Positions 50,561 through 59,700 of a DNA stretch of 64,000 bases are shown one piece after another. Made by a program: the position numbers and the translations under genes. The DNA lies in NCBI GenBank assembly GCA_963735235.1, contig CAVTKD010000003.1:4441-68440 (forward strand), given 5' to 3'. The notes under the pieces are model-generated. The model searched no databases and was not told the origin of the DNA. It saw only the letters and a list, made by a program, of their open reading frames with translations. Position 1 is the first letter of the stretch, and each line of letters begins with the position of its first letter. Origin of the DNA: an uncultured Solirubrobacterales bacterium (GTDB lineage Bacteria; Actinomycetota; Thermoleophilia; Solirubrobacterales; 70-9).

Positions 50561-51424
50561 CTAAGCCGGGTCCGCAAGAGTCCGCGCACGGGCCGCCTGC
50601 AAGGTGTTGACCAACAGCATCGCGATCGTCATCGGGCCGACCCCGCCGGGAACCGGCGTTATCGCGGCCGCCGGCCCGGATGCCGCCGCGAAGTCGACGT
50701 CGCCGCAGAGGCCCTCCTCGGTGCGGTTCATGCCGACGTCGATGACGACGGCCCCGGGCTTGATCGCCTCGGCCCCGAGCAGGCGCGGCACGCCGGTGGC
50801 GGCGACCAGGACGTCGGCGCGCCGGCAGGTCGCGGCGAGGTCGCGGGTGCGCGAGTGGCAGACGGTCACGGTCGCGTCGGCGGCGAGCAGCAGGCGGGCG
50901 ACCGGGACGCCGACCAGCTTCGAGCGGCCGACCACGACCGCCTCGGCCCCTTCCAGCTCGACCCCCTCGTGGCGCAGCAGCTCTATCACCCCGGCCGGCG
51001 TGCAGGGCACCAGGCCGGGAGTGCCGTGGGCGAGCAGGCCGGCGTTGACCGGGGTCAGGCCGTCGACGTCCTTGGCGGGATCGATCGCGCCGACCACCGC
51101 GTCGGGATCGATCTGGGCGGGAACGGGAAGCTGGACGAGGATCCCGTCGACCTCCTCGTCGCGCCCAAGGCGGACGACGAGCTCGAGCAGCTCGGCCTCG
51201 GTCGTCTCGCCGGCGAGGCCGTGGTGGACCGAGCCCATCCCGGCTTCCTCGCAGGCGCGGTGCTTGTTGGCGACGTAGATCTCCGAGGCCGGGTCGTCGC
51301 CGACGATCACCGTCGCCAGGGTCGGCACCCGGCCCGCCTCGGCCTCATAGGCGGCGACCTCGCCGCGCACCCGCTCGCGGACCGCGGCGGCGACCGCCTT
51401 GCCGTCGATCGTCCGCGCCGCCAT
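50561..51424 (-). CDS. folD: Bifunctional 5,10-methylene-THF dehydrogenase / methenyl-THF cyclohydrolase
   Basis: 287 aa. Motifs: LATVIVGDDPASEIYV..K, GILVQLPLP-type VQLPVP, VVVGRSKLVGVP, TPVPGGVGPMT. Confidence 0.92.
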   Translation of the reverse strand: MAARTIDGKAVAAAVRERVRGEVAAYEAEAGRVPTLATVIVGDDPASEIYVANKHRACEEAGMGSVHHGLAGETTEAELLELVVRLGRDEEVDGILVQLPVPAQIDPDAVVGAIDPAKDVDGLTPVNAGLLAHGTPGLVPCTPAGVIELLRHEGVELEGAEAVVVGRSKLVGVPVARLLLAADATVTVCHSRTRDLAATCRRADVLVAATGVPRLLGAEAIKPGAVVIDVGMNRTEEGLCGDVDFAAASGPAAAITPVPGGVGPMTIAMLLVNTLQAARARTLADPA

Positions 51425-51426
51425 CG

Positions 51427-54400
51427 CTAGCGCTTCCGGATCGGCGCGTAGTCGGCCATCAGCTTGCGCTCGGTGCCGTCGCCGGAGAAGCGGACGACGA
51501 CCACGCCACCGGGCTCGACCGCGGTGACGACGCCGTCGCCGAAGCTGGCGTGGACGACGTCGTCGCCGGTCCGCATCTCCAGCGCCGGCCCCGGGTCGAC
51601 CGGCTGGGCCGGGTCGGCCGCCGGCGAAGGGGTCCAGGTCATGCCGCCGACGGTGCTCGAGGCCGTCGCGTGGCGCTCGGTCAGCTCCACCGGCAACTCG
51701 TCGATGAAGCGCGAGGGCAGGTTCCGCTCGGCCCGCCCGAAGAGGCGGCGCTCGCGGGCCCAGGTCATGTAGAGGCGCCGGCGGGCGCGGGTGATGGCGA
51801 CGTAACAGAGGCGTCGCTCCTCTTCTTCGCCACCCTCTTCGAGCGCTCGCATGTGCGGGAAGGAACCGTCCTCGCAGCCGACCACGAAGACCGTGTCGTA
51901 CTCCAGGCCCTTGGCGTTGTGGACGGTCATCAGGGTGACCAGCTCCTGCTTGTCCTCGATCGAGTCCTGGTCGCTGAGCAGCGATATCTGCTGCAGGAAC
52001 TCCTCCAGGGGCGGAACCTCGCTCTCCCCCTCGCGCTCGCGGTTCATGTCGAACTCGGCGGCGGCCTCGCTCAGCGCTTCGAGGTTCTCTACCCGCCCCT
52101 CGGCTTCGACCGTGCGCTCGGCTTCGAGCGCTTCCAGGTAGCCGGTCTCACTCAAGACGGCCTGGAGGAGGTCGCTGACCGACGACCCCGCGTCCACCCG
52201 CCCCCGCAGCAGGTCCATCGTCTCGAAGAAGCGCGAGACGGCCTTGATCGCGGCGGCGCTCAGCCCCGGCACCTCCTCGGCCCGTTCGATCACCTCCCAG
52301 ATCGTCAGCCCGGCGGTGTTCGCGTAGGCGGCGAGCCGGCCCTGGGTGGTGTCGCCGATGCCCCGCCGCGGCGAGTTGACGATCCGCGCGAAGGAGACCT
52401 GGTCGGCCGGGTTGAAGAGCAGGCTGAGATAGGCGACGGCGTCCTTGACCTCGGCGCGGTCGTAGAACTTGGTGCCGCCGATCACCTGGTACGGGACCTC
52501 GAAGCGGACCAGCGTGTCCTCGAGGATCCGGCTCATCGCGTTGGTGCGGTAGAAGACCGCGACGTCGGAGCGGGCAACCCCGTGCTCCTCGCCGAGCCGC
52601 TCGATCTCCGCCGCCACCCAGCGTGCCTCCTCGTGATCGTCGTTCAGCTCGGAGAGCTGGACCAGCTCGCCGCCCTCGATATCGGTCCAGAGCTCCTTCG
52701 GCCGCCGCTCGCGGTTGCGCTCGACGACCGCGTTGGCGGCCGAGAGAATCGTCTGGGTAGAGCGGTAGTTCTGCTCGAGCTTGACCACGGCGGTGTCTGG
52801 AAAGTCCTGCTCGAAGTCGAGGATGTTGCGGATGTCGGCGTGACGGAAGCCGTAGATCGAGTTGTGCGTAACCAAGCCGTTGGCGACGAAGTTGTGGGTG
52901 CCCTCGACGTTGATGTCATATACGGGACGGTCGAGAGCCACCCGCTCGACAGAGATGACGGAGTCATAGCTGCCGTCCTCGGCGAACATCGTCATCCCCG
53001 GTCGCACCGAAGCCGCTGGGATGAAGTTCAGCGAACTGCCGGAAATCTGCCCGCTCTGCGTGGCCCCGAAACGCGCCTGGAAAGTCACGTCGACATCGAG
53101 GACGGAACTGATGTCGCCGGCTATGCGCACCGCCTCCCCGTAGTCCTTGAGGACCGTCTCGAAGCGCCATGAGTCAGAGCCCGGCTTGGCCTCGCGCACA
53201 TTGAGACCGATGGCTTCAAGCGCATCGCGACCCTGCTGATCACGCCCGGCGAGAGCGATGCGATGCATCGGCGTAGCTCCCCTGCTCTCCCCGCAGAGCG
53301 TCACTCTGAGGACCCGCCTGCGACCGTCCGAGGTCGCGGCGAGGTGATGCGGATGCTGAAGACCAAGCCCCTCATCTTGAAGCAGTTGACGCCCGCCGGA
53401 GTCGGTGTCGAGCGTGGTGAAAACATCATCGATCAGAGCCTGGTTGCCGACCAGGCTGTTTCCCGAGGCAGATCTGCGCCGGAGGAAAGGCAACATCGGC
53501 AACCCATAGCGCAGCGCCAGGAGCAACTCTGCGGCGCGCGCCTCGGCGTCGGTCTCGTGAGCTGAGATCACCCAGACGGCATCGGCATGCTCGTGCAAGC
53601 AACGCTGTCGGATCCCGACCGCCGCTTTCCCTCGCTGCGTGTATACGCCTGAGGTCCCGACGCGAAACCCCACACCCCGCTTCCACATCAGGTAGGCGAG
53701 ATGCATCTGCGGAGTCGACCCAAGCCGGTAGCCGGCGAAATGAGTGTGCTCCGGAGTGCTTACGAGCCGCCTGCCCGCCCGAGTCTCGATGGCGATCCCC
53801 TCGCGGTTCCAGGCTTTGAAGACTCCCGTCACCCGGGCGGGGCGGAAATCGCCACCCCCGTGGGAAGACATCACCATGTCGCCCTCATCCAGCTGCTCAA
53901 TCGGCCGCTTCGAGCCATCGCCCATGGTCACGGACGTTCCCTCGACCAGGCACTGGTCCTCGTCCCCAACCACCATCAGATTTCCGTGCTCTGAAGCCAA
54001 AAGCTGCAACAGCCGGTACTGGGCGTGGTTGGTGTCCTGGTACTCGTCGACGAGCACGTGGCGAAAGGTCCGCCGCCAGCGCTCGCGCACGTCCTCGAAC
54101 AGCTCCAGCGCGTTGACCGTGCGCACCAGCAGGTCGTCGAAGTCCATCGCGTTGGCTTCGAGCATCCGCTTCTCGTAGAGCGGGAAGGCTTCGGCGACGA
54201 CCTCTTCGAAGACGCTGCCCTGCATTTCCGTGTACATGTCGCTGTCGACCAGCTGGTTCTTGGCCCCGGAGATCTTCGAGTGGATCGCCCGCGGCGGGTA
54301 GCGTTTCGGGTCCACCCCGAGCTCGCGCAGGCAGCGTTTGAGCATCCGCAGCGAGTCCGACTGATCGTAGATCGTGAAGCCGCGCGAGTAGCCGAGGCGC

Positions 54401-54786
54401 TCGGCGTCGACGCGCAGCATCCGCGCGCAGGCCGAGTGGAAGGTCGTCACCCACATCGCCCGCACCGAGCGGCCGACCAGCTCGCCGACCCGCTCGCGCA
54501 TCTCCGCCGCCGCCTTGTTGGTGAAGGTGATTGCGAGGATCTCACCCGGGCGGGCCTCGCCGGTGGCCAGCAGGTAGGCGATCCGGTGGGTCAGGACCCG
54601 AGTCTTTCCGGAGCCGGCGCCGGCGATGACCAGGAGGGCGCCCTCGCTGTGCTCGACGGCCTCCCGCTGGGGGGGATTGAGGCCGGCGAGCAGCCGCTCG
54701 ACGCGGTCGGCCCCGACCTCCGTGGGTGCGGCGCCGGGGCCGGGCTGGCCTTCCGGCGGAGTCTCGAACTGAGCCTGAAAGGTCAC
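51427..54786 (-). CDS. uvrD: UvrD/PcrA-type ATP-dependent DNA helicase, interrupted by a 364-aa intein
   Basis: 1119 aa. SF1 motifs: AGAGSGKT (I), TFTNKAA (Ia), VLVDEYQDTN (II), VGDEDQ | SIYGFRHAD (III, split by the intein), YRS, VMTVHNAKGLE-type TLMTVHNAKGLEYD (V), YVAITRAR (VI). Confidence 0.92.
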   Translation of the reverse strand: MTFQAQFETPPEGQPGPGAAPTEVGADRVERLLAGLNPPQREAVEHSEGALLVIAGAGSGKTRVLTHRIAYLLATGEARPGEILAITFTNKAAAEMRERVGELVGRSVRAMWVTTFHSACARMLRVDAERLGYSRGFTIYDQSDSLRMLKRCLRELGVDPKRYPPRAIHSKISGAKNQLVDSDMYTEMQGSVFEEVVAEAFPLYEKRMLEANAMDFDDLLVRTVNALELFEDVRERWRRTFRHVLVDEYQDTNHAQYRLLQLLASEHGNLMVVGDEDQCLVEGTSVTMGDGSKRPIEQLDEGDMVMSSHGGGDFRPARVTGVFKAWNREGIAIETRAGRRLVSTPEHTHFAGYRLGSTPQMHLAYLMWKRGVGFRVGTSGVYTQRGKAAVGIRQRCLHEHADAVWVISAHETDAEARAAELLLALRYGLPMLPFLRRRSASGNSLVGNQALIDDVFTTLDTDSGGRQLLQDEGLGLQHPHHLAATSDGRRRVLRVTLCGESRGATPMHRIALAGRDQQGRDALEAIGLNVREAKPGSDSWRFETVLKDYGEAVRIAGDISSVLDVDVTFQARFGATQSGQISGSSLNFIPAASVRPGMTMFAEDGSYDSVISVERVALDRPVYDINVEGTHNFVANGLVTHNSIYGFRHADIRNILDFEQDFPDTAVVKLEQNYRSTQTILSAANAVVERNRERRPKELWTDIEGGELVQLSELNDDHEEARWVAAEIERLGEEHGVARSDVAVFYRTNAMSRILEDTLVRFEVPYQVIGGTKFYDRAEVKDAVAYLSLLFNPADQVSFARIVNSPRRGIGDTTQGRLAAYANTAGLTIWEVIERAEEVPGLSAAAIKAVSRFFETMDLLRGRVDAGSSVSDLLQAVLSETGYLEALEAERTVEAEGRVENLEALSEAAAEFDMNREREGESEVPPLEEFLQQISLLSDQDSIEDKQELVTLMTVHNAKGLEYDTVFVVGCEDGSFPHMRALEEGGEEEERRLCYVAITRARRRLYMTWARERRLFGRAERNLPSRFIDELPVELTERHATASSTVGGMTWTPSPAADPAQPVDPGPALEMRTGDDVVHASFGDGVVTAVEPGGVVVVRFSGDGTERKLMADYAPIRKR
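52861..53952 (-). mobile_element. Intein (364 aa) inserted in helicase motif III
   Basis: The N-terminus is CLVEGTSVTMGDG (Cys1, codon complement 53950-53952). Block B is VSTPEHTH (TxxH). The C-terminus is VYDINVEGTHNFVANGLVTHN, followed by the +1 Ser of SIYGF. The length is a multiple of 3. Removing it restores VGDEDQSIYGFR. Confidence 0.85.
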
Positions 54787-54835
54787 CCGCCGAGCATAGC
54801 CAGACGCTCGGCGGGCGCTACCGGCCTCAGAGTGC

Positions 54836-55429
54836 CTAGGCGCAGCCTTCGGCGAGTTCTTCGACCGAGGTCGAGTTGCCGCTGAGGATCACTTCTTCGA
54901 TTTCCGCCTGCGGCATTTCTTCGATCCCTTCGACGATGCAGCTCGTCTGCTTTGAGCTGAGTTCGCCGGATTCTTCGAGCTGGGCTTCGAACACCTGCGC
55001 AATCGCTCCCTGGTCGAACTTGGCGAAGCCGGTGAGTTCGTCGAGCTTCCAGCCGCCTTCTTCTTCGACCAGGGCGATCGTGACGGTCTGGCCGTCGAAG
55101 TTGCCGCCATTGAGCGCCGCATTCGCCGTGGCCTTCGAGCCGTCGACTTCGACTTCGCTCACCTCGACCGATTCGGCCTTGCTTTCCGGGTCCTTCTTGG
55201 CTTCTTCTTCGCAGGCCTTGGTCGCTTCCTTGCCGCTCTTGTTGGTGTTCTGTTCGGCGAAGTTCACGGTCTCGAACTTGGTGCAGTTGGCCGGATCGCC
55301 GCTGGTCGCCGAGGTTTCGATCGCTTCTTCGATTTCCGATTCGGCGCTGCTGCCGCTGTCACCGCAGGCCGCGAGAGCCAGGGCGGAGAGGATCAGCAGG
55401 CAGGGAAGAAGCAGGAGACGCTTTTTCAA
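54836..55429 (-). CDS. Acidic lipoprotein, unknown function
   Basis: 197 aa. The lipobox is LSALALAAC-G. It is very Glu-rich and has four further Cys. GAA codons are frequent, unlike in neighbouring genes. Confidence 0.65.
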   Translation of the reverse strand: MKKRLLLLPCLLILSALALAACGDSGSSAESEIEEAIETSATSGDPANCTKFETVNFAEQNTNKSGKEATKACEEEAKKDPESKAESVEVSEVEVDGSKATANAALNGGNFDGQTVTIALVEEEGGWKLDELTGFAKFDQGAIAQVFEAQLEESGELSSKQTSCIVEGIEEMPQAEIEEVILSGNSTSVEELAEGCA

Positions 55430-55489
55430 GACGGTGCCTTTCGAATGGTGAATCGCGGACTGGGACAGACGCTGGGAGCGGACGCTATC

Positions 55490-56218
55490 TCAGCCACCGG
55501 CCGACGAACGGCCGGTGCGGGGCCGGATCTCCGGCGAGCCCGCGGCCGGGCCGTCGGCGCCGTCGAGCTCCGCCAGCCGCCGCTCGAGGTCGGCGATCCG
55601 CTCCGAGAGGCCCTTGATCGCGTCGGCGATCGGGTCCGGCAGGTGGATCCAGTCGGCGTCGGGCCCCTCGACCCGCTTGCCCTCGACCCGGACCGGGTGG
55701 CCGGGGTTGCCGACCACGGTCGCCCCCGGCGGCACGTCCTCGACGACGACCGTGTTGGCGCCGACCTTGGCGCCGTCGCCGACCGCGATCGGGCCGAGCA
55801 GCTTGGCCCCGGAGCCGACGGTGACGTTGTCCCCGAGTGTCGGGTGGCGCTTGCCGCGCTGGAAGCCGGTGCCGCCCAGCGTCACCCCCTGGTAGAGCGT
55901 CACCCGGGTGCCGATCCGCGCCGTCTCGCCGATCACGACACCGGCGCCATGGTCGATGAAGAACTCCTTGCCGATCTGGGCGGCGGGGTGGATCTCCACC
56001 CCGGTCACGATCCGGGCCGCGTAGGCGATCACGCGGGGCAGCACCGGCACCCCGGACTCCACCAGGGCGTGGGCGGCGCGGTGGGCGAGCAGCGCCTGCA
56101 CGCCGGCCCAGCTGCTGAGGATCTCGAAGCTGGATACGCCCTGGGCGGCCGGGTCGCGGTCGCGGGCCGCGGCGATGTCGGCGCGCACCTCGGAGACCGC
56201 CCTCTTCCACCTGCTCAT
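55490..56218 (-). CDS. cysE: Serine O-acetyltransferase
   Basis: 242 aa. Motifs: [58 protein letters not shown]. Confidence 0.88.
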   Translation of the reverse strand: MSRWKRAVSEVRADIAAARDRDPAAQGVSSFEILSSWAGVQALLAHRAAHALVESGVPVLPRVIAYAARIVTGVEIHPAAQIGKEFFIDHGAGVVIGETARIGTRVTLYQGVTLGGTGFQRGKRHPTLGDNVTVGSGAKLLGPIAVGDGAKVGANTVVVEDVPPGATVVGNPGHPVRVEGKRVEGPDADWIHLPDPIADAIKGLSERIADLERRLAELDGADGPAAGSPEIRPRTGRSSAGG

Positions 56219-57168
56219 GGTGAGAAGAAGGGTAGGGACATGTAGCGCTCGCCCGAGTCGCAGACGACCGTCACCACCCTCTTGCCGGCCATCTCCGGAC
56301 GCGCCGCGATCTCGAGCGCGGCTTTGATGTTCGCCCCGGCGGAGATCCCGGCCAGGATGCCCTCCTCGCGGCCCGCCAGCCGGGCCGTCTCCAGGGCGTC
56401 CTCGTCGGAGACCGCGACGATCTCGTCGATCACCGAGCGGTCCAGCAACTCGGGGACGAAGCCGGCGCCGATCCCCTGGATCTTGTGCGGGCCCGGGGCG
56501 CCGCCGGAGAGGACCGGGGAGCTGGCCGGCTCGACCGCGACCACCAGTGCCTCGGGGGCGCGCTCGCGCAGCATCCGCCCGACCCCGGTGATCGTCCCCC
56601 CCGTGCCGACCCCGGCGACGAAGGCGCCGACCTGACCGCCGGTGTCGCGCCAGATCTCCTCCGCGGTGGTGCGCCGGTGGGCCTCGGCGTTGGCGGGGTT
56701 GGAGAACTGCATCGGCATGAAGGCCTTGCGCTGCTCGCGGATCTCCTCGGCCAGGGCGACCGCCTCGTTCATCCCGCCCAGCGAGGGCGTCTCGCGGACC
56801 TCGGCCCCGTAGGCGCGCAGCAGCTTGGAACGCTCGCGGCTCATCCCCTCGGGCAGGGTCAGGATCAGCTCGTAGCCGCGCGCCGCGCAGACCATCGCCA
56901 GGGCGATCCCGGTGTTGCCGCTGGTCGGCTCGACCACGACCGAGCGGCCGGGCTTGACCAGTCCCGCCTCTTCGGCGGCGTCGATCATCGCCACCCCGAT
57001 CCGGTCCTTGACCGAGCCGCCGGGGTTGAAGTACTCGAGCTTGGCGCAGACCTGCGCGCCCAGCCCCTCGGCGAGCCTGTCCAGCAGCACGATCGGCGTG
57101 TTGCCGACCGCGGCCGAGGCCTCGGGGCGGATGCCCGCCGCGCTCTTCCCCTCTTCGGATCCGCTCAT
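56215..57168 (-). CDS. cysK: Cysteine synthase (O-acetylserine sulfhydrylase)
   Basis: Trimmed to MSGSEEGK. Motifs: [22 protein letters not shown] (PLP Lys), [22 protein letters not shown]. The stop overlaps the cysE start. Confidence 0.9.
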   Translation of the reverse strand: MSGSEEGKSAAGIRPEASAAVGNTPIVLLDRLAEGLGAQVCAKLEYFNPGGSVKDRIGVAMIDAAEEAGLVKPGRSVVVEPTSGNTGIALAMVCAARGYELILTLPEGMSRERSKLLRAYGAEVRETPSLGGMNEAVALAEEIREQRKAFMPMQFSNPANAEAHRRTTAEEIWRDTGGQVGAFVAGVGTGGTITGVGRMLRERAPEALVVAVEPASSPVLSGGAPGPHKIQGIGAGFVPELLDRSVIDEIVAVSDEDALETARLAGREEGILAGISAGANIKAALEIAARPEMAGKRVVTVVCDSGERYMSLPFFSP

Positions 57169-57258
57169 CTCCCCAGTTTCGCCGACCGCTCGGCCGAACG
57201 GCACCTCGATAAGCTCGCGCTCGCGTCCTTGCAGCAGCATCGAAGAGGAGATCGAGGT

Positions 57259-57735
57259 TTGAGGAAGGTCGACCGCTGGTACCGACTCGCCCACAGCCTG
57301 CAGGCCAGGGGCATCCCGATCGCGCCGAAGCTGATCTCCTACGCGGTCCGCTTCATCTTCGGCTGCTGGATCCCGCCGCAGACCGAGATCGGCGAGGGCA
57401 CCGTGTTCGGCTACGGCGGCCTCGGGATCGTCGTACACGGCGATGCAACGATCGGGCGCGACTGCTCGATCGCCCAGAACGTGACGATCGGCGGTGGCCG
57501 CGGCGGGCCCAGCGCCGACGGTCGCAGCCTGCCGAAGCTAGGCGACAACGTCATGGTCGGCGCCGGCGCCGTGATCCTTGGAGCGGTCGAGATCGGTGAC
57601 AACGCGATGGTCGGCGCCAACGCGGTCGTCACTACCGACATTCCCCCAAACGCCATCTTCGGGGGAGTTCCGGCCCGCCTGATCCGAATGCGCCGCGAGA
57701 GCGACATCGACGCCACCAGCATCCTCGACGGCTAG
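57259..57735 (+). CDS. Short hexapeptide-repeat (LbH) acyltransferase, serine-acetyltransferase-like
   Basis: Trimmed to the TTG at 57259 after GAGGAG. Motifs: [57 protein letters not shown]. It is divergent from cysK. Confidence 0.7.
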   Translation: MRKVDRWYRLAHSLQARGIPIAPKLISYAVRFIFGCWIPPQTEIGEGTVFGYGGLGIVVHGDATIGRDCSIAQNVTIGGGRGGPSADGRSLPKLGDNVMVGAGAVILGAVEIGDNAMVGANAVVTTDIPPNAIFGGVPARLIRMRRESDIDATSILDG

Positions 57736-57750
57736 CGGGAACGATGGCGG

Positions 57751-57765
57751 CGCCCAATTTGGGCG
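57751..57765. terminator. Hairpin CGCCCA-ATT-TGGGCG between the acyltransferase stop and the left copy of the islet repeat
   Basis: 6-bp GC stem with a 3-nt loop. It lies immediately 3' (minus strand) of the relic SGMYFI-TGA coding end. There is no clear U-tract. Confidence 0.35.
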
Positions 57766-57769
57766 TCAG

Positions 57770-57786
57770 ATGAAGTACATGCCGGA
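57770..57786. repeat. Left copy of a perfect 17-bp direct repeat (attL-like), ATGAAGTACATGCCGGA
   Basis: Identical to 61541-61557. On the minus strand, with its flank, it reads TCC GGC ATG TAC TTC ATC TGA, which is SGMYFI-stop. Confidence 0.95.
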
Positions 57787-57811
57787 TTGGGGAGCACAAT
57801 CTCGCATCGGT

Positions 57812-58123
57812 TCACCTTACTTGTGCGCCACCTGTGCTCATCGCGGCGTACAGGCTTCCCACGGCCGAGTCGATGGTGTCACGCACATGCTGGCGGTTCC
57901 GCTGCTCCCGGTCGTAAGCGAGCTGCGCCTCTTGAAGCTCCAAGTCATAGGCGAGCTGCGCCCCATGAAGCTCCCGGTCATGCGAGAGCTGCTCCTGCTG
58001 CCGGTGGTTGGCCGTACGTGCGGAAATGTATGCCGCGACGATGGCCGTCACGGCGATCAGCGCCGGTCCGATCACCTGGTGCCACCAGGGATCACCGCCG
58101 ACAAGATGCACGTCCACTGCCAT
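57812..58123 (-). CDS. Small single-TM protein with a coiled-coil tail containing 11-aa tandem repeats
   Basis: 103 aa. The TM segment is VIGPALIAVTAIVAAYISA. The repeats are ELHGAQLAYDL / ELQEAQLAYDR (33-nt DNA repeats at 57908-57940 and 57941-57973, 27/33 identical). Third codon positions are GC-rich on this strand but not on the overlapping plus ORF. Confidence 0.5.
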   Translation of the reverse strand: MAVDVHLVGGDPWWHQVIGPALIAVTAIVAAYISARTANHRQQEQLSHDRELHGAQLAYDLELQEAQLAYDREQRNRQHVRDTIDSAVGSLYAAMSTGGAQVR

Positions 58124-58182
58124 CCGATTAATTATCGCTGCGCGGGGCCCAGGGGCTATATTCGTCAGACGTCCTAGGTAGC

Positions 58183-58410
58183 GTGGTAGCCATGCCGGAT
58201 ATGGAACTCACGAAGGAAGTAATTGAAGTATCGACGCGCCTGATCGATGCGAGCCGGGAGGGCGAAATCGAAGGCAAAGATGTTGCAGCCCAGATTGATA
58301 GGCCCGATGTCGACCTTTACTACGCGTTCCAAGAGGCCAAGCGACGAGGCGTGCTGAAGATGTATTTCCCCGGAGGCATGGGACTGCCCTCATTGATTCG
58401 GCGACCCTAG
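58183..58410 (+). CDS. Small hypothetical protein (75 aa)
   Basis: ORF only. It has no recognisable motif, and its start could be the internal MELTKEV. Confidence 0.35.
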   Translation: MVAMPDMELTKEVIEVSTRLIDASREGEIEGKDVAAQIDRPDVDLYYAFQEAKRRGVLKMYFPGGMGLPSLIRRP

Positions 58411-58507
58411 CGAGAGCCCCTGGGACGCCGCCCGTCATTCGTTGTCTGAAACCGGGGCTCTCCCTCCTCCTGAGTCGCGCTTTCGCAGTCGTTTCGTCCA
58501 TGACCTT

Positions 58508-59647
58508 TTAGTTCGGCGAGTCCTCATCGAGCGCATCTGGATTGACCAAGACGACTACCTCCGGGTCAATGCCCTCGGCGCAAAACAGGCGCGGCACTCC
58601 CCCGCCTCCCCCGGCCAGTTCGACTTGGACCTTGGCTTCTCGATAGGCCTCCGCTACCGAACGACCGAAGCCCAGCGAGTTGTAGAACTGCCCCGCGAAG
58701 ACCTTGGCGTCTTCATCGCCAATGGCTGCGTCCATCCCAATAGCCAGATCTACATGCCGAATAGCGACATCAGCCTGAGCAGCCGAATCACAGCTATTGA
58801 ACAGAATGAGTCGCACGCCACCGGCAGCAGCCTCGAGCAGGCGGCCAAGCATCGTGTTATCCAGCGTCCGAGTGGAGCCATTCTCGTCCTCGAAGGCGAG
58901 GCCGCTGTTACTCCCGTGACCGCTGAAATGAAGGACCGTTGGACGAACTTCATTGAGATCATCGAGCAAATCTCGTAGCTGGCGGGCCATGCGGGCGCGG
59001 AAATAGATCGAATCCCGGTAATCAGAAGCTCGGACTCGCTTTTCGATCTCGCGGGTCTCCCTGTCCAATCTAAGAGAGGTCTGGTCCTCTGGACTGGACG
59101 CTAGGAAGAGGACCGCTACCTCCGGAGGGGCTGCTTGCCGACTGGCCTCTTCAAGGCGCCTCTCAAGCTCCGTGATCTTGTGATCCTGCTGGGCCTCTCG
59201 CTGCGCGCGCTCAGCGTCGGCAGCGTGTTGGGAACGTTCCTCGCGCTTACGCCGGTCGGCCTCCGAACGCTCAGCTTGGCGACGTCGTTGATCTTCTTGG
59301 CGTTTTTTCTGTTCCTCGGCGCGACTCGCTTTCTTGCGCTCAGCTTCTTCCTCCGAGCGAAGCTTCTCTTCGGCCTTGCCAACTTTTTCTTTCGCCTTGC
59401 CGGTGTCTCCCAATCGCCTTGAGACATCGGTTCGGGCGCTCGCCAATTGACGTTGCATGGATTCAATTTGGCGGCCATAGCTACGAATCTGAGAATCCGA
59501 GCGAGATTGGGCCGCGCGCCCTTCCAGCTTGGCGATCTCATTTTCGAGATTGGTTTGCTTCTTCGAGGCATCAAAGTGACGCTTGGTCGCGCCATCGAGA
59601 TTCCGTCGATCTTGCTTCAGCGCTTGCTGGGCACTAGAAACAGACAT
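58508..59647 (-). CDS. Coiled-coil protein with a C-terminal CHAT-type (caspase-like) domain
   Basis: Trimmed to MSVSSAQQ (ATG complement 59645-59647). The first ~190 aa form an E/R/K/Q-rich coiled coil. These are followed by VAVLFLASSPEDQTSLRLDRETREI, VLHFSGHGS (His) and LILFNSCDSAAQA (Cys), then LAIGMDAAIGDEDAKVFAGQFY. Confidence 0.7.
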   Translation of the reverse strand: MSVSSAQQALKQDRRNLDGATKRHFDASKKQTNLENEIAKLEGRAAQSRSDSQIRSYGRQIESMQRQLASARTDVSRRLGDTGKAKEKVGKAEEKLRSEEEAERKKASRAEEQKKRQEDQRRRQAERSEADRRKREERSQHAADAERAQREAQQDHKITELERRLEEASRQAAPPEVAVLFLASSPEDQTSLRLDRETREIEKRVRASDYRDSIYFRARMARQLRDLLDDLNEVRPTVLHFSGHGSNSGLAFEDENGSTRTLDNTMLGRLLEAAAGGVRLILFNSCDSAAQADVAIRHVDLAIGMDAAIGDEDAKVFAGQFYNSLGFGRSVAEAYREAKVQVELAGGGGGVPRLFCAEGIDPEVVVLVNPDALDEDSPN

Positions 59648-59700
59648 GAAGGCCACGGTAACGAGGCCGTCGGAGGTCGCATCTAGGTACGTCGAGTGGG

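Noticed and set aside
53000-53700. LAGLIDADG or HNH homing endonuclease inside the intein
   Set aside because: I could not find canonical motifs. HLAYLMWKRGVGF is at best a degenerate resemblance, so no endonuclease is annotated.
57770-58177. 135-aa plus ORF starting MKYMPDW, and its twin 61541..61744 starting MKYMPEP
   Set aside because: The shared MKYMP start merely reflects the 17-bp direct repeat read on the wrong strand. The rest is not protein-like, and each overlaps a better minus-strand gene.
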